A DNA stretch of 64,000 nucleotides from a virus, in IMG/VR virus record IMGVR_UViG_3300024999_000034, positions 96,001 to 160,000 of that record; one strand, given 5' to 3'. A model generated the notes under the pieces. The model ran no database searches. It was given only the letters and a program-made list of their open reading frames with translations, and was not told where the DNA came from. Position numbers and translations under genes: made by a program. The stretch's first letter is position 1. Every line of letters starts with the position of its first letter. Positions 35,426 through 45,734 of this stretch are shown piece after piece.

Positions 35426-35893
35426 TTTAGGAGAGGAAGTTAGATATGAATTGTCAATGTGATAATACTTTAGAGTTTACAGATAATAGTATTAAATCTA
35501 AAAATGGCAGACATGGAAAAGTGATTCCTATTTATTATTGTAGTTCATGTAATGTTGTTTACGATGGATACGAATTAGATTGTAATAATGAATATATCCT
35601 TGCAGAAAAGAAGTATATTAAATGGTTTAAAAAATAAATTGAAAAGAGGTTTTAGATAATGCCAATAAAAATTGAAGGATTTAATCATTGTGGATGGTCT
35701 ATAAATATATTTTACAGTGATACAAGATGTGAGCATTTAAATAAAAACAATACTCGTTGCTTAAAGTATGACAAAAAGCTAATAGAGGATGAAGGCACTG
35801 ATCCTTGGACTTGCAGGGATGGATTTTCGGTGTTAAGGTGTGACGAATGTAAATTGGAATATCCAAGAGGCGAGTAGACTTTAGTATAATGCA

Positions 35894-35941
35894 AATATAA
35901 ATATTGTAATATTCTTTCTAGTGTGTTACAATATTTATATT
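35894..35941 (+). promoter_or_regulatory. Promoter inside a perfect 16-bp inverted repeat upstream of uvsE
   Basis: AATATAAATATTGTAA-16 nt-TTACAATATTTATATT; TTGTAA(35904)-17-TGnTACAAT(35927). Confidence 0.7.
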
Positions 35942-35964
35942 AAAGGCATAGGAGGCAATACATA

Positions 35965-36846
35965 ATGATCAGACACGTAGGATTCGCTTGTATGAGTAAA
36001 AAATGCAATACAAAATATCAAACCTTCAGATTAGCTTCATTTAGCGAATACAGATTAAAACAAGCAATTACTCATAATATCAATGAAACTGAGCGTACTA
36101 TTCAACATTGTATATCTAAAGGAATTAAATTATTTAGACTAAGCTCTGATTTAGTTCCATTTGCTGCTCATAAGATTATGCAAGATATTGATTATATGAG
36201 TTGGATGCAGTCAGATTTGCAAAGGATTGGTGATATAGCAAAAAATAATAATATGCTATTATCAATGCATCCATCTCAAATGTGCTGTATAAACAGTCCA
36301 AAACAAGATGTAGTAAATAATTCTATCAAAGATTTGATGTATCATTATGACATTCTTAATGCTATGGGCCTTACTGATTTTAATATCATTATTCATGTTG
36401 GTGGAGTTTATGGGAATAAGCCGGAAGCTATGAAGAGATTTATTAATGTTTTTAATTGTTTACCTGTTGATTTAAGGAATCATATTTTGCTAGAAAATGA
36501 TGACAAAAGTTATACAATAAGTGATATAATGGAAATACACAAGGAAACTGGTGTGAGGGTTGTGTTTGATTATCACCATTATGTTTGTAATAATGATGGT
36601 ACAGAATTGGACTTAGAGGCTATATTTGCTACTTGTGGGGCTGGTAATGTACCTAAGATACATCTTAGTTCACCTAAGAGTATTAAGGAGTTCAGAAGCC
36701 ATTCTGATATGATTGATTTTGATTATTGTAAAGATTTCTTTAAGAAGTATAAGGGATTAGAATTTGATGTAATGATTGAGGCGAAGGATAAGGATTTAGC
36801 TGTAGATAAGTTTATTGAGGATTATAGAAGGGAGATAGAAAGATGA
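35965..36846 (+). CDS. uvsE: UV-damage endonuclease
   Basis: VGFAC, LFRLSSD, LSMHP, IHVGG, LEND, FDYHH, KIHLSSP, DVMIEAKDK. Confidence 0.93.
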   Translation: MIRHVGFACMSKKCNTKYQTFRLASFSEYRLKQAITHNINETERTIQHCISKGIKLFRLSSDLVPFAAHKIMQDIDYMSWMQSDLQRIGDIAKNNNMLLSMHPSQMCCINSPKQDVVNNSIKDLMYHYDILNAMGLTDFNIIIHVGGVYGNKPEAMKRFINVFNCLPVDLRNHILLENDDKSYTISDIMEIHKETGVRVVFDYHHYVCNNDGTELDLEAIFATCGAGNVPKIHLSSPKSIKEFRSHSDMIDFDYCKDFFKKYKGLEFDVMIEAKDKDLAVDKFIEDYRREIER

Positions 36847-37468
36847 AAATTATATGTAATGAGAGTGAAAAGAAGTGGTTAATAAAAGCATTAGAGAATA
36901 GTGAATATGGGTGTCCTAAAGTTCATTCATTGTCAAGATGTTTGATACAAGAAACTGATGGTTGTTTAACTTCTACTTTTGAAAATTGTATAGTTAATCA
37001 AATAGAATTTGTAGTACAATAAATGATAAGTAAGGAGATTATACAGTAGTGGATATATTTGATAGAATTCAAGAATTAAACAAAAAAGGTATAATTCTTG
37101 ATTGTATAGCTGTTAATCAAATAGATAATGGTAATGAACAAGGTGTTAAAAATGGAGCATTTCCTTTAATAACTTATACGGTAGAAGTAATGGATACTTC
37201 ATTAGGTGAAATGTTTTATACAGAATCGTGTGATTCATTTAAAGAAGCTATTTATTCAGGAGTAAAATTCGCAGAAGAAAAATAGTGTATATAGGAGGAG
37301 ATTAGAATAATGTTTCACATTTATAAAAGAGATGATAATGGAAATGAAACTAAATTAGAATTTATTAAAATAGAATCTACCAAGCAAGATGCAATTAAAA
37401 CATGTCAAGAATTAAATATTGAATATTTTGGAACTGCTTACGCTCCATATTGTTATTTTGAAAAGTAA

Positions 37469-37494
37469 TCCCATAAAGGTGTGGTTTTAATCTA
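37469..37494. repeat. 9-8-9 palindromic gene-boundary site
   Basis: TCCCATAAA-ggtgtggt-TTTAATCTA right after a stop codon. Confidence 0.6.
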
Positions 37495-38179
37495 AGTGAG
37501 AAAGTAGTGAATTTTACATGAAGAAAAAATATGAGTATGATATTGGTGATGGTTTTAAATTTGTTTTAGAAGCAAATTCTCAAGAAGAAGCTGATGAACA
37601 ATTAAAAGGTTATGATAAGTTTTTTAAAGATTTTGGTAGAGTTACAAAAGTAATTCTAAATGATATGGTAGATGAATGAGATTTAGGAGGTAAAACAAAT
37701 GGCATCAATAACTCTCAAAAACATAGCAGAGCATATTATGCTAGGTAATGCTAAAACCAGTGAAGAATTTAGTGATAAGATTAAAGGTCAATGGGAATAT
37801 AGGAGTAATAAAAGTATTTCTGATGTAAATTTGGCAGTACAGAAAGGATTAAAACTAGGTAAAGGTAAATCAGAAAGGGAAATCGAATGTGTGGCTATGT
37901 ATCTGGAAAGTGTTTTGAAGAAAGTTAAGGTTGTTAAGAAGGAGAGTGTTAAAGATGTTAAAATTTAAAATTGGAGACGAAGTGACAGTTGGTAAAATCG
38001 AATTTAAATTTGATGAATCTGAGGGCGAAGGAAGATTTATTGGTGGTGTTGGAGTAATTATTGAGGCAGTAGAAGGGATATCTCCTTATCAGATAAAGTT
38101 CTATGATAAAGGAACTCAGAAGGTTAATGAGAATATGGGAAGTAGATTATTTGAGGAATCTGAGTTATTTTTCTTGTAA

Positions 38180-38578
38180 TTGGCATCAAAAAGTAAATTA
38201 AATGGAGGAATTATTGAAACGATGGATGGAAGAAGCATTGCTATATTAAAACTATATAATCAGCGTAATTACTCATTAAGTTGCTATGATATTGGAATTA
38301 TTTTAGATGCACCTTCAATATCTATTTCAAATAATGTTGTTGAGTTACGTGAATTAGAATATATTGATGTTGATATGTTAGAAAAAGACAAACTACATGA
38401 TAATTTTATTAGTTTGGACACAAAACTTCATATAACTCAATCTGGAAGATCATATTTGTTTGATTTAAAAGAAGATAAAAAGAATTTTATCATAAAATCT
38501 ATCACAATTCCATTTATTGTTTCTATTGTAAGTTCTATAATTACAACTATAATTACTATAATGTTAAAGAAACCATAA
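38180..38578 (+). CDS. Hypothetical protein with C-terminal transmembrane helix
   Basis: wHTH-like N-terminus (HITQSGRSYL) plus hydrophobic tail IPFIVSIVSSIITTIITIML. Confidence 0.55.
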   Translation: MASKSKLNGGIIETMDGRSIAILKLYNQRNYSLSCYDIGIILDAPSISISNNVVELRELEYIDVDMLEKDKLHDNFISLDTKLHITQSGRSYLFDLKEDKKNFIIKSITIPFIVSIVSSIITTIITIMLKKP

Positions 38579-38655
38579 AATCAAACCACTTCAATATCTA
38601 GTTTCGAAGTGGTGAAAAATTAATTAATAAATTATAATAAAGGAGAAATAAAAAT

Positions 38656-39498
38656 TTGGGTAGGAATAGTAGAAATAATAAACAATATATAATGAATCAT
38701 AGAATTAATAATGGAATCATAGAAAGAAGGTGCAGTAAATGCCAAGATTGGTTAGTAGAAGATATAAATAATTATTATATGAGAAACAAGAAGAAACCAG
38801 AGTTAGGATATTCACCAGAATGTAAAAAATGTGTTATTGAAAGATCAGCCATAATACAAAATAATAATAAAGAAAGGTCAGACCAATATAAAAGAAACTG
38901 GCGTAAGAAGAATAAAGAAAAAGCAAAGAAACAAAGTGCGGATTGGCATCAAACTCATAAAGAAAGAAGACAAGAAGACCTTAGACGTTTTGTAAGATTA
39001 AATCCAGAAAAAGTGAAAGAATATGGTCAAAATCATAGAATACACGATATAACTAAAAACGAGTGGGAATGTTGCTTGATAATTTTTGATCATAGATGCG
39101 TATATTGCGGAATATCAGAAGAAGAAAGTTTAAAAATATATAAACAAGTTTTACATAAAGATCATTATGATCCAAATGGAGTTAATAATCTAAGTAATGC
39201 AGTACCAGCTTGTAAAATGTGTAATAGTTTTAAACATCAAGACGATGCAGAAATATGGTTTAGATCACAAGAATTTTTTGATGAAGATAGTTTGGAGCAT
39301 ATTAAATGGTGGATTACAGAGGGTTATAAAGAATTTATTGAAGATAAACCACCCTACAGAATAACTAAGAAACAAAATGAAGATAATAAGAAATTCCACT
39401 GGGAATTATGGACAGTGGATGAGAAAAGAAATATAGTGGAGTGTATACATAGGGTAGATAAGAAGAAGGATTTAGATTTGACATTAATACATAATTAA
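38656..39498 (+). CDS. HNH endonuclease, paralog 3 (TTG start)
   Basis: CVYCG..LHKDH..NNLSNAVPACKMCNSFK. Confidence 0.85.
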   Translation: MGRNSRNNKQYIMNHRINNGIIERRCSKCQDWLVEDINNYYMRNKKKPELGYSPECKKCVIERSAIIQNNNKERSDQYKRNWRKKNKEKAKKQSADWHQTHKERRQEDLRRFVRLNPEKVKEYGQNHRIHDITKNEWECCLIIFDHRCVYCGISEEESLKIYKQVLHKDHYDPNGVNNLSNAVPACKMCNSFKHQDDAEIWFRSQEFFDEDSLEHIKWWITEGYKEFIEDKPPYRITKKQNEDNKKFHWELWTVDEKRNIVECIHRVDKKKDLDLTLIHN

Positions 39499-40851
39499 TA
39501 TATAATTATTATGATAAGAACAAAAACTAAGATTTGAAGGTAAATAGTATTTAGGAGGTTTTTATTATGAAGTCATTCAGTGATTTTAAGAATGAATATT
39601 TTGATAATGTAAGTAATAGTCATACATTTGCGATATTTAACAAAAGCACAGATAAATTTTTACAATATTATCAAATTGTAAAAGATAATGCAAATGGCAA
39701 GTATCGTATATTTGTAATTCCCCTATCTTTTATAAGGCCAGAAGCATTTGATTCTCAAATAGAAGCCGAAGAATGGATAAAACAAAAAGATGTTATTATT
39801 TCCAAAAAAGCATTTTTATCATATAGCTTAGAAAAAATTGAAGAGTGATACTTTCAAACTTTGATATTATAGGAATTAGGAGGAAACAATCGTGAGAGTT
39901 AAATTTAATGATAAAATATATTTATGTACAAAGGTAACACATACTCCAAATAGCAAACTATTGTTATTTACTACTTCTAATGGAATATATACTACTGATA
40001 TGAAAACATTAGAAAACGCTAATACTTACTATAAAGACATACTGATTAATGGATATTTAGATGTGTCAGATTTTGAATACTGTAATTGATAAAATACTCA
40101 GTTGAAAATAGGAGGAACCAAATAAATGAAATTACTAAAATCTTCTCACTCAAAAACATTCCATTATGATAATGCAGAAGAAAGATTAAATCATATCTCA
40201 GAAATGGAATTACAAGGATGGACATGTAGCGGTCAAGTCAAGGAGTTTACTGGCAATTTGTGGTTTAAAGATGAAATAGAGGATGAAAGTAAATATTATT
40301 ATGTTGGTAGATTTTATAAAGAGGAGAGATAGGAGAATATTTTGTGAATAAATATATTTGGGAAAAGTCTAATAAAGAAATATCAGAATATAATTCATAC
40401 TATAGGTGTGACATTATTTTTACAAATGAAGTAATTTATAATGGCAAATTGTATTATTGTACACAGGATAATATTATAAATATCACTCCTTTAGATTATG
40501 ATTGATATTTAATATACTTAACTTCCTAGTCATTATTTACATTAAATTTTAATAATTACATTTAATTTAACTCTATATTATTTAAAAATAAATATTTAAA
40601 GGAGATTATAATATGTATTATGTTTACACAATTTGTATGAAAAACGGTAAAGAATATAAAACTGAAGTCAAGCAAAATCTTAATGAATTAATAAATCAAC
40701 TTATGCCAAAAGATCCTTATGAAATTAAAATATTTCATTGTAATTTATTCAATGGTGAAGGTGAGAGCGTAGCTATAATCGGGAGCGAAGTGTCAAGCAT
40801 TGAATATCTTGTTACTAAAGAATCAATTTTGGCAAGTATGTAAATAATTAT

Positions 40852-40881
40852 TTGACTTTGTTGGTTAGTATATGTTACAAT
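40852..40881 (+). promoter_or_regulatory. SigA-type promoter
   Basis: TTGACT-18 bp-TGnTACAAT. Confidence 0.7.
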
Positions 40882-41206
40882 AAATACATAAATAATTATT
40901 TAGGAGTGATACACAAATGGCATCAGGAGAGGGAATCAGAAGTTTTATACATAAGCATTCATTATCTACAAGTTATAAAATAATTCCAGAAGGAGATAGG
41001 AAAATTAATTATATTCCAAATATAAAATATGATTGTCCTGTTTGCGGTGGTCATAATATTGGTACAGTGATAGGTGGGAATAAATATTGTCAAGATTGTT
41101 GTATAGAATATGATAATATGGGTGAAATATTCTCTATTCAATGGAATGGTGAATTAGTGCCTTATTATGTAAATGAATTTATAGATTGTGAATAGGAGGA
41201 TATATA

Positions 41207-41884
41207 ATGATTTTTATTACTGGCGATACACATGGAAATGTAAAAAGGTTTAATATGGATAATTTTTCAATACAAAAAGAATTAACTAAAGAAGATTATA
41301 TGATTATTACAGGTGATTTTGGTTTAGTATGGGATAATTCAAAAGAAGAAAAATATTGGCTAGACTGGTTAAATAAGAAAAGTTATGTTACTCTTTTTGT
41401 TGATGGAAACCACTCGAATCACTCAATATTAGATTCTCTTCCAGTTTCAATATGGAATGGTGGTAAAGTACATTTTATTAATGATAGCGTTATTCATTTA
41501 ATGAGAGGTCAGGTTTTTAATATCAATGGCAAAAAGATATTTACATTTGGTGGAGCTGATTCTATTGACAAGCAACACAGAATTGAAGGTAAATCATGGT
41601 GGAAAAGAGAAATGCCATCACATGCCGAATATGAAGATGGATTAGATAATTTAGAAAAGCATGACTTTAATGTAGATTATGTTGTCTCACACGATTGTTC
41701 TACAAGTGTTTTTGAGAAATTAATGGCAGGGTTGTGGGTTAAGAATTTAACTTCAATTAACAAGTATTTTGAAGTCTTAGAAGATAAATTGAAGTATAAG
41801 CAATGGTACTTTGGGCATTATCATGAGGATCGGTGGATTGATGAGAAACATAGATTGATTTATCATGATATTGAGCTATTATAA
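41207..41884 (+). CDS. Calcineurin-like metallophosphoesterase
   Basis: TGDTHG, TGDFG, DGNH, SHDC, FGHYH. Confidence 0.88.
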   Translation: MIFITGDTHGNVKRFNMDNFSIQKELTKEDYMIITGDFGLVWDNSKEEKYWLDWLNKKSYVTLFVDGNHSNHSILDSLPVSIWNGGKVHFINDSVIHLMRGQVFNINGKKIFTFGGADSIDKQHRIEGKSWWKREMPSHAEYEDGLDNLEKHDFNVDYVVSHDCSTSVFEKLMAGLWVKNLTSINKYFEVLEDKLKYKQWYFGHYHEDRWIDEKHRLIYHDIELL

Positions 41885-42428
41885 GGGGAGTGAAAAATAT
41901 GACAGACGAAGAGAAATTAAACTTATCTACAGAAGAAAAGCTTAAATTAGTTGCAGATCACATTGAAAATATGACAGATGAAGAATTCGAAAAAGAATGT
42001 GGACATCTTTTCATAGAAAAGGGTTCAATAGAAAGTCCTTGGCATCCATCTAAACAAAATAGTTTCTATCTTTGTTGGTATTGTGGAAAAGATGGTAATG
42101 CTCATTTATGTACAGATGGAATGGGTAGAGGTTTCTGTCCTGATTGTAGAGAAAGAGCAGAGAAGGAATTCTTAGATTGGGAACATCCTAAAGAAAGGGA
42201 GAGTTGGTAAGATGAATAGAGAAAAGAGTATGGTTCAAGTATGTATATCTATATTCTTTAATTATGGTTCATTGATTATGGCATGTATTAATGAATTTTA
42301 TTATCATAAACCATTGGATGCATTAGTGTTTGTTCTTATTATTAATGCAATGTTTCTAAGGGAAATTAGTCATAAATTAAATAAGCGAACAATTATATAA
42401 TTTCTTCCCGATTAAATGAAAATAAAGC

Positions 42429-42457
42429 TTGACACAAATCGATAAATAATATATACT
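42429..42457 (+). promoter_or_regulatory. Consensus SigA promoter
   Basis: TTGACA-17 bp-TATACT. Confidence 0.8.
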
Positions 42458-42613
42458 AAACACAAGGTAAATCAAAAACATTACATAAGTTAAGAACTAA
42501 AGGATGTGAAACTGAATGTTGGTAAGTGGCCATACATAACTAAGCAAATCAAATTTATCTCAATCACGAATTACATTGAATTGTAAAATAAAATATATTG
42601 GAGGGTAAATAAA

Positions 42614-44671
42614 ATGGAATTTAAACAATTAAAAACTTTAATGCAGGGAAACTTCAAAAATATTTCTAAGGATGCTACCCATTTATTCGAGGTAGAAGTT
42701 GATGCTGAGTATATGTGGTCAAAAATTTACCTCGATAGCTTTCCCAAAGGCACAAATGAAATGTTTAGAAATAGAAGAGAGTATGATTGTAGTTGTTGTA
42801 GGAATTTTATTAAAAACATTGGAAATGCTGTTGTTATTAAAGACAATAAAATTACAACCATTTGGGATTTTGAAACAAATGATTCTACATTTCAACCAGT
42901 AATTAATGCTTTATCTAAATATATTAAATCTCAAGTTGTTTCAGATATCTATGTTACTAAATTCAAAAAGATTGGAACAGATAAAAACTTTGAAAAAGGT
43001 GTAAATGGAAACATTACTGAATGGCAACACTTTTTTCTTGATCTACCGTCAAAATTCGTAGATACAAGTGGAAAATCAGAAGGTGATATTAAGGGTGGTT
43101 ATAGGGATACACGAAACGTATTCAAGAGATCATTGGATGAAATTACAGAAGAAAGTTTGCTTACTGTATTGGAACTTATATCTCAGAACTCATTGCATAA
43201 AGGAAAAGAATGGGAATCTGCTCTTAACGAGTTTCTTAAATACAAAAAAGAATATGACAAACTTGATACATTAGCAGAAAAAGAAAACTATACTTGGGAA
43301 CAGTCAGTTAAAGTTGGAGGAGTTATCGGTAGAATTAAGAACCATTCAATTGGAACATTACTTATTAATGTAAGTGAAGGAATGGATTTAGATTTAGCGG
43401 TTAAGAAATATGAAAAGATTGTTGCTGGCGAAAACTATAAGAGACCAAAACCAATTTATACGAAAAAAATGGCAGAAGAAGCTACAAAATTTCTTGAAGA
43501 AAACGGATATACTGATTCATTAGGTAGAGAATATGCAACATTGAATCATATAACTGTAAACAATATATTATTCTTTAACAAAGATTCAGCAAAAAGAATT
43601 AATGGGAATACCGCACTGGATATTTTAAACGAAATGGCAAAAAGTGTTCCAGTTAATCCTAAAAAGTTTTCTAAAGTCGAAGAAGTTTCTATTGAAAATT
43701 TCATCAATAATATACTTCCAACTGCAAAAGAATTGGAGGTACTTTTAGAAAATAAACACTCTAGTAATATGGTATCGTTAATTGCTCCAGAAAATAAAGA
43801 TAGCAAAACAATGTTTAAATGGAGTAATAATTTTTCATGGGCTTACTCAGGAAATATGACAGACAGTTCTATGAAAGAAAATGTAAAATCTGCCGGAGGA
43901 AATGTAGAAGGTGTTTTAAGATTCTCTATTCAATGGAACGACAATGAATACGATGGGAATGATTTAGATGCTCATTGTTATGAACCTAATGGAAATTTGA
44001 TTTATTATAGTGCTAAAACCAATAGACATACTACAGGTCAATTAGATGTCGATATCATTACACCATCAATAAATAAGCCTGCTGTTGAAAATATTACATG
44101 GACTAATAAAAGTAAAATGCTTGAGGGAACTTATCAATTTTTAGTCAATAACTTTTCACATAATGGAGGAAGAGGTGGTTTTAGAGCAGAAATAGAATTC
44201 GATGGACAGATATATTCATTTGATTACAGTAAAGAATTAAGAAATAAGGAAAAAATTCAAGTCGCAGAAGTAAATTTCAGTAGAGATAAAGGATTTACTA
44301 TTAAGGAAAAATTATCATCGAATGTATCATCAAAAGAAGTGTGGGGGTTAAAAACAAATCAATTTATACCTGTATCGGTTATGTGTCTATCTCCAAATTA
44401 CTGGGACAGTCAACATAATCAAGGTCATAAACATTATATGTTCATGCTTAAAGATTGTATTAATCCAGAAAAACCAAACGGATTCTACAATGAATTTTTG
44501 AAAGAGGAATTAATGCCACAAAAAAGATTTTTTGAAGCTTTAGGAGCGAGAATGGCAGTAAAAGATTCCGTTAATCAGTTGAGTGGTCTTGGATTTAGTT
44601 CAACCAAAAGAAATGAGTTAACGGTTAAGGTTAAGGGAAATATGGAGAGAGTAATTAAAATCAAATTCTAA
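42614..44671 (+). CDS. Large conserved phage protein; C-terminal YfaP/DUF2135 (TerD-like) domain
   Basis: YDCSCCRNF near N-terminus; LRFSIQWN..DLDAHCYEP..LDVD..AVENITW. Confidence 0.6.
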   Translation: MEFKQLKTLMQGNFKNISKDATHLFEVEVDAEYMWSKIYLDSFPKGTNEMFRNRREYDCSCCRNFIKNIGNAVVIKDNKITTIWDFETNDSTFQPVINALSKYIKSQVVSDIYVTKFKKIGTDKNFEKGVNGNITEWQHFFLDLPSKFVDTSGKSEGDIKGGYRDTRNVFKRSLDEITEESLLTVLELISQNSLHKGKEWESALNEFLKYKKEYDKLDTLAEKENYTWEQSVKVGGVIGRIKNHSIGTLLINVSEGMDLDLAVKKYEKIVAGENYKRPKPIYTKKMAEEATKFLEENGYTDSLGREYATLNHITVNNILFFNKDSAKRINGNTALDILNEMAKSVPVNPKKFSKVEEVSIENFINNILPTAKELEVLLENKHSSNMVSLIAPENKDSKTMFKWSNNFSWAYSGNMTDSSMKENVKSAGGNVEGVLRFSIQWNDNEYDGNDLDAHCYEPNGNLIYYSAKTNRHTTGQLDVDIITPSINKPAVENITWTNKSKMLEGTYQFLVNNFSHNGGRGGFRAEIEFDGQIYSFDYSKELRNKEKIQVAEVNFSRDKGFTIKEKLSSNVSSKEVWGLKTNQFIPVSVMCLSPNYWDSQHNQGHKHYMFMLKDCINPEKPNGFYNEFLKEELMPQKRFFEALGARMAVKDSVNQLSGLGFSSTKRNELTVKVKGNMERVIKIKF

Positions 44672-44707
44672 AAATAAATTAAAATTAAGAAGGAGCGTGT
44701 ATTTATT

Positions 44708-45106
44708 ATGACAAATGAAAATACTGTAAACATTTTTGAGGTTGCTACTAGAAACATGTATCGCTTTCCATTCAAGGGCACGTCTAATGTTGAAGACCTT
44801 TGGCAAATTAGTGTTAAAGAATTGGATTCTGTCTTTAAGGTTCTAAATTCTGAATTAAAACAAGTAAAGGAAGAAAGCCTATTAGAAATTAAAACTCAAC
44901 AAGATCAAGAATTAGATATCAAAATTGCTATTATCAAACATATTGTAAAAGTCAAACAAGAAGAAGCAGAAAAACAATTACAAGCAAAAAGTATTAAAGA
45001 ACAAAAGCAAAAACTTATGGAAATTTACGCATCTAAAAAGGATGAAGAGACATTGAAAAAGTCACCAGAAGAAATTAAAGCAATGATTGATGCGTTGGAT
45101 ATTTAG
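44708..45106 (+). CDS. Conserved helical partner of the 685-aa protein
   Basis: IFEVATR..RFPFKG..VEDLW..L.ELD; coiled-coil C-terminus; hairpin 45131-45158 follows. Confidence 0.6.
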   Translation: MTNENTVNIFEVATRNMYRFPFKGTSNVEDLWQISVKELDSVFKVLNSELKQVKEESLLEIKTQQDQELDIKIAIIKHIVKVKQEEAEKQLQAKSIKEQKQKLMEIYASKKDEETLKKSPEEIKAMIDALDI

Positions 45107-45187
45107 GTTCTGATTAGTTGGGTTTGTTTATAGGTAGGGAGTTAATTCTTCCTGCCTATGAAATACATAAAAATAAAAGGTTGTGTA

Positions 45188-45697
45188 ATTATGATTAATG
45201 AATTTAAAGGTAATTACTATTTCTTATCTAACTTCTATACTGCTCCAGTAATGTATGAAGGACTTATGTATCAAAATAATGAAGCAGCTTTTCAGTCTGC
45301 AAAAGTTAAAGATGTTGAAAAGCGAAAACAATTCTGCAATATTGATCCTTCTACATCTAAAAGAAAAGGTAGAAATGTTACTCTAAGACATGATTGGGAG
45401 AAGATTAAGGATAAAGTTATGGAAGATTGTATTAGAGATAAATTTACAAGGAATGAGGAATTAAAACAGAGATTAATTAATACTGGCAAGAAAGAATTGG
45501 TTGAAGGAAATACGTGGAATGATATCTATTGGGGAATATGTCGTGGCAGAGGTAAGAATATGTTAGGTAAGATTCTTATGAAAGTTAGAGCAGAATTACA
45601 AGAGCAAGAAGCATCTGATTGTTATGGAACTTGGAGTAATTTATGTGACAAAGAATATTGTTCTGGATGGGATAGATGCAAAGAAATAAGCAAGTAA
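45188..45697 (+). CDS. NADAR-family ADP-ribosylhydrolase
   Basis: FLSNFY, EAAFQSAK, KRKGR..LRHDWE..KF..L..TG..LVEGNTWNDIYWG..G.N.LG.ILM.VR. Confidence 0.9.
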   Translation: MMINEFKGNYYFLSNFYTAPVMYEGLMYQNNEAAFQSAKVKDVEKRKQFCNIDPSTSKRKGRNVTLRHDWEKIKDKVMEDCIRDKFTRNEELKQRLINTGKKELVEGNTWNDIYWGICRGRGKNMLGKILMKVRAELQEQEASDCYGTWSNLCDKEYCSGWDRCKEISK

Positions 45698-45734
45698 TAT
45701 ATTATTATGAAGATTAGAGAGGAGTTAAGTAACA

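Noticed and set aside
11180-39498. Group I/II introns around the HNH genes
   Set aside because: No split host gene, no reverse transcriptase and no recognisable intron core sequences.
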